DNA of 64,000 nt, taken from Calditrichia bacterium. Lineage in GTDB: Bacteria; Calditrichota; Calditrichia; JAJRVZ01. How positions within the stretch are numbered: position 1 is the first letter of the stretch; each line of letters opens with the position of its first letter. This document shows, piece by piece, positions 25,799 through 37,175 of this stretch. The DNA is taken from positions 480,001 through 544,000 of the forward strand of contig CAWCNS010000009.1 of NCBI GenBank assembly GCA_963796965.1, in the 5' to 3' direction. The translations under genes were made by a program, and so were the position numbers. Below the pieces are notes generated by a model. It was not told the origin of the DNA. It saw only the letters and a program-made list of their open reading frames with translations, and did not search any database.

Positions 25799-26152
25799 TC
25801 ATGAATCATGCTGATAACTGACAAGCGCGTCTTCTACATCCTCGTAAAGATCAATCAATTTATCTATTTCCATAAGGGTCAGCGTGTCCATAATCTTCTC
25901 CGCAACAGCAGCTACTTTTAATTGACCTCCTGCCCTCTTCACCGAAACCAGACATTCCATGATATTCCCGATTCCAATACTGTTAATAGACCTTACTGCA
26001 GATAGATCCAATATAAAATTTTTAATACCCTTTGTGATCAGATCATTTACCTGTGCTGGTAATTCATACGCATCGGGATCGCCCAGTATTTTTGCTGATA
26101 GTTCAAGGACACCAATACTATTCTTAATATATATATTTACATTTACCTTCAT
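25799..26152 (-). CDS. STAS-domain anti-sigma factor antagonist
   Basis: ILDLSAVRSINSIGIG...GGQLKV...LIDLYEDVEDAL. Confidence 0.85.
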   Translation of the reverse strand: MKVNVNIYIKNSIGVLELSAKILGDPDAYELPAQVNDLITKGIKNFILDLSAVRSINSIGIGNIMECLVSVKRAGGQLKVAAVAEKIMDTLTLMEIDKLIDLYEDVEDALVSYQHDS

Positions 26153-26592
26153 GACGACCAGCTACTACTTTCAACCTGCTATCTCCTGCTTATATGTCTT
26201 ACGTAAACGCTTTTGATCAGTAAGAAAACATCGAAACCAAAATAGAATTATTGCATTGAAGAATAGAAAGTTTTTTGAATCAATATAGTAAATTTGTCCA
26301 TTGAAAAAAATAAAATCCTTTTCCTGGCAAGCTTTAGTTAAAACCGATCTATACTTCACGACAGCGGTCCCAAAAACAGCGAGAGGATTTGTTTCAAACA
26401 CAGAATTGTTTAAATTTCCAAAATATATCCAATTTTCCTCATCCTTTTATCTCAAAATGCGTTATGTTTTAATACAACAACTCAGCGATCTGGTATATGC
26501 AGGAAAATCTTATAACATTATCAGTAGAATCAACTATCTGATAGATGTTGCAAATAAAAAGATATACCCACACAAAAGGGAGATTTATTACT

Positions 26593-27439
26593 ATGATACC
26601 GAGCGAAAATAAACCAGGTAAAATAGGGATTGGGATTAATCTAGAGTTTGTCCGCCACGAGGATAAATCCTTTGAATGGGCGATAGAAAAAGCCGCAGAA
26701 TTGGGATATGAATATGTTGAGCCGATGGTACTTTGGGGACGTGAAATGCTCAGCGAAGCCGGCTATTTTCACAGTGTTTCCATGCTCGATGATCCTTTTC
26801 GAATCAAACGGGCCTGTGAAAAAGCGGGTGTAAAATTGTCCGGCCTTTCCTCCCATTCTACCCTCTGCAAACCGGAAATCAGTGTGGAATATTTAAAACA
26901 AGGCATACGGTTTGCTGCGGAATGCGGTGCTCCTGTCGTAAACTCTGATGAAGGACCAAAACCTAAATGGACAACCGAAGAAGAAGATTTTACATTAATG
27001 CGATATACATTACGAGAGGCCTCCTTTTTCAGCTGAATCACGAAATATCATGATCGGTTTGGAACCGCATCAACAATACAGTAAGACGCCTGAAGGTCTG
27101 GATCGGATCTATGGATTGGTTGATTCTCCGGCAATTGGTATCAACTTTGACACAGGAAACTCTTATCTCTCCGGGCAGGATCCGATCACATGGTTAAAAC
27201 ATGTTGCTGACCGTCTGGTACATGTTCACGCCAAGGATATATCCATTGAACAATCGGATAGTGAGCGGGGAAAGGTAACCGGTACACCGGTAGGATGTGC
27301 CTGTGGTGATGGTGTAATCGACTGGGCGAAAGTCATCGAGGTTTGTAAAAGCACCAATAAAAACCTCGTTCTATCCGTTGAATGCGGAACCGTTGATCAA
27401 GCTAAAAGAAGTCTCGATTATCTAAAAAAACTGATTTGA
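26593..27439 (+). CDS. Sugar phosphate isomerase/epimerase (AP endonuclease 2 TIM barrel), one frameshift
   Basis: GLEPH, NFDTGN, HVHAKD, G.G.IDW, SVE metal ligands. Confidence 0.88.
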
Positions 27440-27447
27440 TGACAACG

Positions 27448-27978
27448 CTATCCTTTATAGGGAAGAATCTCAATATCTACATTTAACTCATCTGCGACAG
27501 ATTTTAATTTTTCAGACCAATCGTGACTTCTTTCAGGTGGTGCAAAAACAATGGCGTTTAGGGTAAAAAGAGGGGTTCCACTAATGGGTGCTTTGACCAC
27601 ATTTGTATCCATTGATTCAATATTAAAACCCAAATTGGCAATTTGGTGTGATACATTGTGAACAATACCTTCATGATCGGCACCATTAACTTCCACCTGG
27701 TAGGGCAACCACCCCTCATACGTGGTTGGATCGGATTGTTTTGTTTCTGTGACAATTGATTTGAAGCCTTCATCTGCTAATTCATTAACCTTTTTTTTGA
27801 GTTCATCAGCAAGATCTGTTGCGACAAGTACATGCATGAGAATGGCAAACTCACCACCCAGATGCGCCATGCGACTGGCTTCAATATTACCCTGAGCATC
27901 CACAACTATTTTTGTCAATTCCTCAACAAGTCCAACCCTGTCATGACCTATTAGACTGATCACAAGATTTTTATTCAT
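27448..27978 (-). CDS. gcvR: GcvR-like tandem ACT-domain protein
   Basis: GHDRVGLV..NIEASRM..LGGEFA; GADHEGIV...APISGTPLF. Confidence 0.75.
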   Translation of the reverse strand: MNKNLVISLIGHDRVGLVEELTKIVVDAQGNIEASRMAHLGGEFAILMHVLVATDLADELKKKVNELADEGFKSIVTETKQSDPTTYEGWLPYQVEVNGADHEGIVHNVSHQIANLGFNIESMDTNVVKAPISGTPLFTLNAIVFAPPERSHDWSEKLKSVADELNVDIEILPYKG

Positions 27979-28199
27979 TTAATTTCTCCATAGATTGAAT
28001 CCAATGCCGTAAATGTAAGTTGCAGATCTTTATCGGACAATATAAAATTAGTTTCAAGGTACTTTTAATTTTCAGTTTTTGGTTAAATTAGCATTACATT
28101 TACTCTTTATCATATGCCAGGACAAACGCATTGAAAAGTTTAAACCATAAAAACGCAGGGGAAAAAGGGGGAGTGTCTCCGGTTTCCTTTTTCTTATAC

Positions 28200-28330
28200 T
28201 ATATCTCGAATCACCTATCACCTATCTCACATCCATTTTTTTATCCTGAATTTCATGTAGCAAATCCTAAAAAAATCCCAATGGCCAAACCTAAATGACA
28301 ATTCAATTCCCAATTCCAAATCCCCAATTC
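28200..28330 (+). repeat. 7-nt tandem arrays, C-rich on +
   Basis: tatctcg aatcacc tatcacc tatctca; aattccc aattcca aatcccc aattcta. Confidence 0.7.
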
Positions 28331-28345
28331 TAACGTCGATTTCTA

Positions 28346-28373
28346 TTGCAATTACATATCTATTTTGTATATT
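28346..28373 (+). promoter_or_regulatory. Putative promoter TTGCAA-N16-TATATT
   Basis: Recurring promoter motif. Confidence 0.6.
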
Positions 28374-28547
28374 AATCCAATACTAACTTTCACCTGAATC
28401 TCTTTCGATTTCTCTCTCTACTTTTTCATGCCTGAATTGAAATATTCCTACTTTTCGCTAGTGATGACGTTCTTTTCGCGTACCAAATCATATTCTTCTC
28501 ATTGCTTTTGTTGATGCATTTTCATTCAATTTGCAATTATAAGATGG

Positions 28548-29390
28548 GTGGAAAAAATGCTGCAAAATGTAAAATTAACCATCTTATCAGAAAATCGGGT
28601 GGTTGATCCAAATCTTAGAGCAGAACAGGGATTATCTGTTTTCGTTGAAACCGAAAATGGTAATATATTATTTGATGTGGGACAAACAAATGCCCTGGTT
28701 GAAAATGCCCGCGAGATGGATATTGATTTAGAATCAGTACAGAAAATAGTCCTCAGTCATGGACATTATGACCATACAGGAGGTCTTCCATTTGTTTTGG
28801 AAATAATCAGATCTATTGATGTGGTCTGCCATCCGGCCCTGACAAATAAAAAATATAAGATTTACCCTGCTGGTCGAACAAATATTGGTGTCCCCTGGGA
28901 AAAACGAGATATCATCTCAAAGGGGGCCAAATTTATTTATAAGACCCACCCCTTTGAAGTAATTCCTGATGTATGGATCTCTGGAGAGATTCCCCGTAGT
29001 TCTGCATTTGAATATGTGGAGGATGCCTATCAGCAAAAACCTTCTGTGAGTTATCTTCATGACGAGATACATGATGATTTATGTCTTGTTTTAAACACTA
29101 GCAAAGGATTAATTATTCTGTTGGGATGTGGTCATGCCGGACCGATCAATTCAATAAAACAATCCATGCGTATCACACACAATCAACAGATCTATGCAAT
29201 TATCGGAGGTATGCATCTACAACATAGTCCTGATGAAAAGATAAAAAAAATTGTAAAGAACCTAATCACCTTAGACCCTGACTATGTATTACCCTTGCAT
29301 TGTACCGGTTTCCCCGCCATTACCAGAATCATCACCGCCTTCCCGGACCGGGTAAAACTCTTAAATGTCGGTGATACCTTTGAAGTATAA
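28548..29390 (+). CDS. MBL-fold metallo-hydrolase (MJ0448/dihydropteroate-synthase-like subfamily)
   Basis: SHGHYDHTGG, GCGHAG, GGMHL, PLHCTG. Confidence 0.88.
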   Translation: MEKMLQNVKLTILSENRVVDPNLRAEQGLSVFVETENGNILFDVGQTNALVENAREMDIDLESVQKIVLSHGHYDHTGGLPFVLEIIRSIDVVCHPALTNKKYKIYPAGRTNIGVPWEKRDIISKGAKFIYKTHPFEVIPDVWISGEIPRSSAFEYVEDAYQQKPSVSYLHDEIHDDLCLVLNTSKGLIILLGCGHAGPINSIKQSMRITHNQQIYAIIGGMHLQHSPDEKIKKIVKNLITLDPDYVLPLHCTGFPAITRIITAFPDRVKLLNVGDTFEV

Positions 29391-29558
29391 AATTGAGCAT
29401 ACTCAAATTAAATTATATTTTATTTTTATGGCTGAGGAAAGATAGTCTTCCTCTTCCCTTTTTTCTTTTTCTAATTGCCAACACCTAAAAATCTGCAAAA
29501 TTTGCATCTTATATTTTTTGATTTACTCATTGGTTCTATGCACTTGGAGTAATATCCA

Positions 29559-32500
29559 ATGGCCAAATACTATAAAATATTATTTCTCTTCTTATCTTTC
29601 TCTGCTCTTGCTTATCCACAGCAACAAAACATCCAATTCACCCATCTCACGACGAAAGACGGCCTCTCCAGCAACAGAGTGAATGCCATCATCAAAGACA
29701 GCAGAGGATTCATGTGGTTTGCTACCAATAATGGACTAAACCGCTATGATGGTTATAATTTCAAAATATATAAATATGACCCGCAGGATTCTAATTCTAT
29801 ATCAGGAAATTATATCACATCCCTCTGCGAGGATCGCTATGGTAACATTTGGATTGGTACCAGAACGAATGGTTTTAATCAATTTGACAGAAAAAAGAAT
29901 AAATTCTCACGATATAAATTTGACACCCAATCTTATGCCCCTAAAGCAGTTAACTCTGTAAGCCTGATCTATGAAGATTCCTCGGATAGTACGCATGTAC
30001 TCTTGATATTAACCGCTGTCAGACTTTCTTAAATATTTCCATAAACCGGAGTTTAAGGTTGAAGGTACGGCATGGCTTAAATATTTCTTTGCCGACTCAA
30101 TTGAAAATGAACTTCTGGATAGTACTATTTACAAAGGTCATTGGCGAATAAAGAATAATCCGGACATTTTCAGATATTATTCAATGAAACCTGATAATCC
30201 CCAGAGCATGAGCCAGAAACCCTGGAAAAACATTATTTCGGACAGTAACGGAAACCTATGGTTTGGCACACCCATCGGCCTGAATAAGTTGGATAAAAAA
30301 ACGGAAATATTCACCAGTCTATCTAAATGATCCGGAAAATCCGAATAGTCTGAGCAATGATATTGTTCTCGGTATTTATATGGATAAAGAAGACATTCTG
30401 TGGATAGGAACTGAAGGCGGCGGGCTGGACAGATTTGATACAAAAACCGGAAGATTCAGGAACTTTAAACACGATCCTAATAACCCCTATAGCATTGGAA
30501 GCAATTATATTCATGATGTTTATGGAGACCCTAAAGGGAATCTATGGATTGTAACAGGAGGTAATGGATTTTATAAGTTTGAAATAAATACTGAAAGATT
30601 TATTTGCTTCAAAAAAGCGTCTTCAAAATACAGCCGAATAGGCATTGCCTTTTGGGGTGCCACCTATCTGGATGATAGTGGTAAACACTGGATAGGAACA
30701 GCTAATGATGGGATTTATATGTATGATCCTAAAAAACAGAATATTTCCACAACTGTATTATACTCGGATATAGACCAGACTGCTGACGTACGCGCCTTTT
30801 ATAAAGACAAAAAGGGCAAATTGTGGGTTTCCTCAACCGAAGGTCTATTCAAATTCGATCAGGACAGGAAAACATACACATTCAATAGATATGATCGGCA
30901 TCATAGGAATAAACTGTTGCAGCACAGCATAACCTCCTTTGTTGAAGATAAGCGTGGTTTTTTATGGCTGGGTACTGAAGAGGGAGGTTTAAAACGATAC
31001 AATCTTAGATCAGGCAGGATTGTAGAGTTCCTTTTTAATCATGAAAATTTATTTTTGACACATCCTCATTGGATTAACCTGATCCTGAAATTAAAAGAAG
31101 ATAAAAAAGGTAATATATTAATCGGTAACTATGTTGGAGATTTAATTGTTTTTAATAAGAGAACACATAAACATAAAATTACAATTTATCAGGGATCTAG
31201 CTTCTTGGTTGATCATTTTAAAAATTTGTGGCGGGGTTATTGGGGAGAAGGAATAAAACTATACAAAGATACATCTGAAGAAACCTTTCATTTTTTTCAT
31301 ACTGCGACTGACTCTACCAGTCTTAGTAGCAGTTATGTGATGACCATTTATGAAGACAACCATAACAATATCTGGATCGGGACCAATAACGGGTTGAATT
31401 TATTTAATCGTGAGACTGAAACATTTAAAGATTTTACAATTAATGATGGCCTGGCTTCCGATCATATTCTTTCAATTCTGGAGGATGGTCATGGCAGCCT
31501 TTGGCTTTGCACACCGAAAGGAATTTCAAGATTTAATTACCTGCAAAGAGATTATTCGGGCCGGCCGTTAATTAAAAATTACCAGGCAAGTGATCAGGTT
31601 CAATTCTATGCAGATGAGATAGGTTATAAGGATAACGAAGGATTTATGTATTTTGGCGGCAGGAATGGCTTTGTCAGCTTTCATCCGGACAGCATTACAG
31701 AAAATTTACATCTGCCGCCTATTGTACTTACTGATTTTAAAATCTTAAATGAATCGCCTGGGGTGGATTCTGTTGGTCATTCCCCCTTAAAATCTGATAT
31801 TTCTGAAACACAAGAAATCAACCTTTCCTATGACCAAAACTTTTTCTCATTCGAGTTTGCCGCACTCGATTATACGGATCCCATGCATAATCAATACGCT
31901 TATAAAATGGAGGGTATTGATAGAGATTGGACCTATACCGACGTCAGCCACCGCCATGCCAATTACACGGATTTGGATCCCGGTGAATATATATTTCACG
32001 TAAAAGGATCCAACAACGAAGGCCTTTGGAACGAAAAAGGCAAATCACTTAAAATTATCATCAATCCCCCAATCTGGCGCACAACATGGGCCTACTTGCT
32101 TTACTTTGTTGCACTTAGCGCAGTACTCTATGCCTTCCGTCAATATGACCTCAAACGTCAACGCCTCAAACATGAACTGGATTTGGAGCACGAGCATGCA
32201 GAAAAATTGCAGGAAATTGACCACATTAAATCGCGCTTTTTCGCCAATATTTCCCATGAATTCCGCACCCCGCTGACACTTATCCTGGGCCCTATTCAAT
32301 CCCTGATTAAGAAAACTCATGATGTGACGACTAGAAATGAATTATCCTTGATGCAGCGGAGCGCCCTGCGCCTAGAGCGCCTGATCAATCAATTGCTCGA
32401 TTTGTCCAAACTGGAAGCAGGGGGCATGACGATACAGCTTAAAGAAGAGAATATAGTAGATCTGGTTCGGAACTATGCGCAGTCCTTCGAATCCTTAGCC

Positions 32501-33899
32501 ATACAAAAAGATATTAAATTTATCTTCAAATCTGATGCTGAAAATATTCCAGCCTTCGTGGATAAGAACAAGATTGAGAATATCCTCAATAATTTACTGA
32601 GCAATGCTTTTAAGTTTACACCGGAGGGTGGGAAGATTAGAATAAGATAGTAAAAATTCCAAGCACCGGGTACCAAATTTCAGACATAATCCCAAAGTAC
32701 AAATTAACCAGAATCTTCAAGTTCCCAATTCCGATTTCGTAGAAATCAAAATCTCCGATACCGGCATCGGTATGCCTCCCGATCGTCATCGATAAATATT
32801 TGATCGCTTTTATCAGATAGATGGTTCGCATACCAGAGAACATGAGGGTACCGGCATTGGACTGGCCTTGACTAAGGAACTGGTTGAATTACATTATGGT
32901 ACGATAAAAGTAAAAAGCGAACCAAACAAAGGTACGACTTTCATCGTTAAACTGCCTGTTGGTAAGGAACATTTTAGGGATGTACAGGAAGAAGAGGAGC
33001 AGATCAGTTCCCCCTTAGAAAAGCAGGATAATGGGATGTTTTTAAATGAGGATACTTCAGAATCTGTCAAATCAATTGAAGAATACCTCCCTCAATCCCC
33101 CTTTGATAGGGAGGAAGCTGTTCGGTCTCCTGTCTCCGGTCTCTCTGCTCCGATTCTTTTAATCGTTGAAGACAATGCCGATATGCGCACCTACATCCGC
33201 GGACATTTATCCTCAGAATTTCAGATAGACGAGGCCAAAGACGGCGCAGAGGGATTACAAAAAGCCCTATCTATAATTCCCGACCTGGTTATCAGTGATA
33301 TAATGATGCCGGTGATGGATGGCTATCAGCTGTGTGAAAAGTTAAAGACTGATCAGCGGACCAGTCACATTCCGGTTATTTTGCTCACCGCCCGGGCGGC
33401 CAAAGAAGACAAACTGGAGGGGCTGGAAACCGGCGCCGATGATTATATCAACAAACCGTTTGATGCCGATGAATTAAAAGTTCGGATAAAAAACCTGATT
33501 GCTCAACGCAAATTGTTAAAAGAGCGCTTTAGTTCTGAAGCTCTGTTTCCTGCTTCCGAAATAGCCGTTACTTCGACCGATAAAAAATTTATGGATAAAG
33601 CCATGAAGATTATTGAACAAAATCTGGATAATCCCGATTTTACCATCAATATTCTCAGCGATCAGATCGGTATGAGCCGCGAGCATTTTTCCCGGAAAGT
33701 AAAGGCTTTAACAAATCAACCTCCACACATGTTTATCCGTTTGATGCGACTAAAAAGAGCCGCTGTTTTATTAAAACATCATACCGGAAATGTCACCGAG
33801 GTGGCCTTTGATGTGGGTTTTAAAAACCTTTCCCATTTCGCCAAATCCTTCCGCGAACAATTTGGTATAACACCCTCCCACTTTTCTGATCATAATTAA
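29559..33899 (+). CDS. Hybrid two-component sensor/regulator (beta-propeller, Y_Y_Y, HisKA, HATPase, REC, AraC HTH); frameshifted
   Basis: DGLS.N and WIGT repeats; YAYKMEG; FANISHEFRTPL; NLLSNAFKFT; DTGIG; GTGIGL; DIMMP; VGFKNLSHFAKSF. Confidence 0.93.
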
Positions 33900-33949
33900 T
33901 ATTTGTTTTCATTTTTGATTCGGCTTATCCCTTTAATAGTTTAAAAATT

Positions 33950-34253
33950 AACCACAGAGGCCACTGAGTAAATATTTAATATTTATTGACTTAAACATAT
34001 ATATTTTTTACCTCTCCTCAGTGAACTCACACGTTTTTAAAATATAGCCTCACATTATTACCGGACTTCTATTTAATTCAGATATCCCAATTAAACCAAA
34101 GTCACTGGTAGCAATTCTTCTTACTCACTTTTTTCTAATAAATAAAGCATACTAAAGGTTATGTCCCTGTGTTTTTTCATATCAATATTACCATTATTCA
34201 ATTAATATATTTGTTACAAGAACACGGAGTGTTTCTCAGTGGCCTTTGTGGTT
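33950..34253. repeat. 19-bp terminal inverted repeats about 265 bp apart (MITE/REPIN-like)
   Basis: aaccacagaggccactgag (33950-33968) vs ctcagtggcctttgtggtt (34235-34253), 18/19 complementary. Confidence 0.7.
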
Positions 34254-34307
34254 TCTCCTCCTTTTTTCACTTTTTTACATGAAATTTTTGACACTACATG
34301 GAAATAT

Positions 34308-34341
34308 CACATTACCGTTAAAATTTGCCACATCACCGTTA
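34308..34341 (+). promoter_or_regulatory. Putative AraC/HTCS operator: 13-bp direct repeat at 21-bp period
   Basis: cacattaccgtta (34308) and cacatcaccgtta (34329), upstream of the gene following the HTCS. Confidence 0.5.
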
Positions 34342-34454
34342 GCATTTTTCAGAATCACATTATTCACTTGTCCTGTCTCATATATTAGTATCCTATTCTC
34401 AACTAATTCTAAGAACCTATTCTTTATAATCATAAACCAATTAAGGAGGAAATC

Positions 34455-36555
34455 ATGAAGCAATTGATATTAAATACTTGCATTTTCTTGCTATTGATGG
34501 GTGTAAATCTTCTAGCCCAGACATTTCCTGATACGTTATCCAGGCAATTCCAGAATGTGTTAATTTCAATTTTGGAGATCCCTGGATTGTCCCGGAATTT
34601 CAGCGGCTGTCATCATGCCCGATGACGGCGTTTGGCAAGGCGTTTATGGTATGTCCGGACCGAACAGTGAAATTGCAATGGATCCGGATATGCTTTTCTG
34701 GACCGGATGCATTGATATGATGTTTACATCAACAGTAATTCTGCAATTGGCTGAAGAAGGGAAACTGAGTTTAACCGATTCACTTTACAAATGGCTGCCT
34801 ACTTACACAAACATTGACAGCACAATTACCATCCGCCAGTTGCTCAACCATACCAATGGGCTGTATCGCTGGCATTTTAATGTTGACGATCCGGCTCATG
34901 ATTCCGTTAAAGCAAATCCCTATACATACTGGGATCTTGAAGAATTTTTATTGAAATTCATTGTAAACAACCCACCACAGTTTCTTCCCGGTTCAAGCTG
35001 GGATTTTCACGAGACGGACTATATTCTGCTTAATATGATCATCGAAGAGGTCACCGATAGCGATCCCTGGCTGCAGTACCGGGATCGTATTGGCCTTCCC
35101 CTGGGATTAAATGATACCTATTTTATCTGGTCCGATACCATTTCGGCGGTGATTGCCGATCCCAGTGAGAATTGGCCTGATTTCTATAAAACAGCAGCCT
35201 GGAGCATCGGCGGACGGCGTATTATTGCCACACCTTTGGATATTGCCCGTTTCGCAGGAAAACTATTTGACGGACAATTACTCAGTCAGACATCGTTAGA
35301 GCAGATGTCCGCATTTATGAATATGGTCTATTACCTTTACCCAATTCTTGATGGCTATGGTTTAGGATTATGCCGGTTTGACCTGGCCGATCATGAAACC
35401 TGGGGACATTGGGGGCATGATCCGGGATATTCATCAGCGGTGATCTATTGGCCGGAAAAAAATATCAGTTTTGCCTTCTTTTCTAACAGCTGGGGAATGA
35501 TGTCTCAAACAAATGATATTTGTGTAGACTTATTTAAGATCGCCCTCCGCCGCTATGAATTTCCTTTTGACAAAGTCCATCCCCGCGACGTTATTATATC
35601 GGATGCTTTTTGTGAGCCCAGTGTGGATAATTTAATGATCACTTCCTCGGTATATAACCCGGATAGCCATGATATTCAGGTAAAAGCGATGGTTTCTGAT
35701 CGGGAGGGCAGTCTGATTGATTCCACCATCATGAATGATGCGGGTAGCGATGGCGATATGCTGGCCGGAGATGGTATCTATAGTTGTTCTGTCGGGCCGA
35801 TCAGTAGGGAGGACAATTTTATCGTTGCCCCAAAAACGATTGATCTAAATACGCAATACAATCATACGCTGCCGGAAGACTCAGCCGCATTGTTTACAAC
35901 CATTGGTGCTCTTGAAATTTCTGAATTTTATCCCACCCAAAAATGGGGTACCGATAGTCTCAGCGGACCCGGTCACAGCCTCTTTTATAGAATCTCGGTC
36001 TATAATCAGGGGAAGGAAACGACGGCCAAAGATGTAACGGTTAAAATCTTTGCTGCTGATTCATTATTGGAGATTGGCACCACAAAAACGATTACTTTTG
36101 GCGATATTGAGGCCGGAGAAACGGCTCCCAGTACATATGAATTCTTCGTTAAATGTGCGCAGGAATGTCCCCTTGCAGCACAACTGCCGCTGCGCTTTGA
36201 AATTTACAGTGAGGATTATCATTACTGGACCGATACCCGTCCTACGGATATTTATACCGGTATTAATAACAAATCGGAAACGCTTCCACTGAAATTTGCT
36301 CTTTTTCAGAACTACCCTAATCCCTTTAATCCCCTCACAACGATCACTTATCAATTACCTATGAGCAGTGATATTAAATTAAGTATCTATAATATTCTGG
36401 GAGAGAAAGTAGTCACCTTAGTTTCCAAGAAGCAGCAGGCCGGAAAGTATACAGTAGAATGGAATGCCTCAGGTTTTGCCAGTGGTGTTTATATATACAG
36501 GCTTTCAACAGACCAAGGATTTGCTGAGAGTAAGAAACTTCTGTTAATCAAATAA
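34455..36555 (+). CDS. Secreted beta-lactamase-family (serine hydrolase fold) protein with choice-of-anchor-X-like segment and T9SS-type CTD; catalytic motifs non-canonical
   Basis: [69 protein letters not shown]; frameshift near the 5' end. Confidence 0.85.
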
Positions 36556-36935
36556 TGAAGCCATCCCGATTTACCGGAGCGGCGTATATATTTATCAGCT
36601 TAGCGCGGAGGGCCAAGCGCATAGCGATGTACAAACCAGGAAGCGGTTATTGATTAAATAGAATCATTAGCCATTAGATTGGAATCTGGAATTGGGAATT
36701 AGACATTGGCAATGTGAGATAAATGGAAAATCAATAATATTTCGTTCTGCCGGTTATTATGAAATACGCGATTAATAATATTATTGTAAACCCCGGAGGA
36801 GTGATATGTGTAAAGAAGATAAGATCCTCTGAAAAAAACGATGCATAAGAGGATAGGCAAAAGATGTATGGTTTGTAATCCGGCTCCCGATTTAAGCACA
36901 TGCTAGATTATTCTAAACTACACACCTTTAACTTT

Positions 36936-36967
36936 AAATCGGAGATTAACATAATCTCCGATTTTTT
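36936..36967. terminator. Rho-independent terminator-like hairpin, possibly bidirectional
   Basis: aaatcggagatt-aacat-aatctccgatttttt. Confidence 0.7.
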
Positions 36968-36968
36968 A

Positions 36969-36996
36969 TTGCATTCCTTTACCTACATTGTATATT
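36969..36996 (+). promoter_or_regulatory. Putative promoter TTGCAT-N16-TATATT
   Basis: Recurring motif; flanks similar to 532-650. Confidence 0.65.
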
Positions 36997-37175
36997 ATAT
37001 CATTATTGCTCTCAAAAATATCTAATTCGACTGCTGATTTATCTTTCTCCTCTGTTTTAAAGACGAATGATTGTTTCTGTAAATTAATTATGAACGCTTA
37101 AAAATTGTTTCGGTTTTTATTTGTTTCTTTCTTTATATGACATGATATGTGTCATAAATACGAGGAGGGTCCGTC

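Noticed and set aside
26171..26612. ORFs 26171-26401 (-) and 26301-26612 (+)
   Set aside because: AT-rich divergent promoter region, no RBS or recognisable motifs.
36699..36899. 66-aa ORF or an sRNA ending at the 36936 terminator
   Set aside because: No RBS or motif; the local hairpin (atcctct/agaggat) is insufficient evidence.
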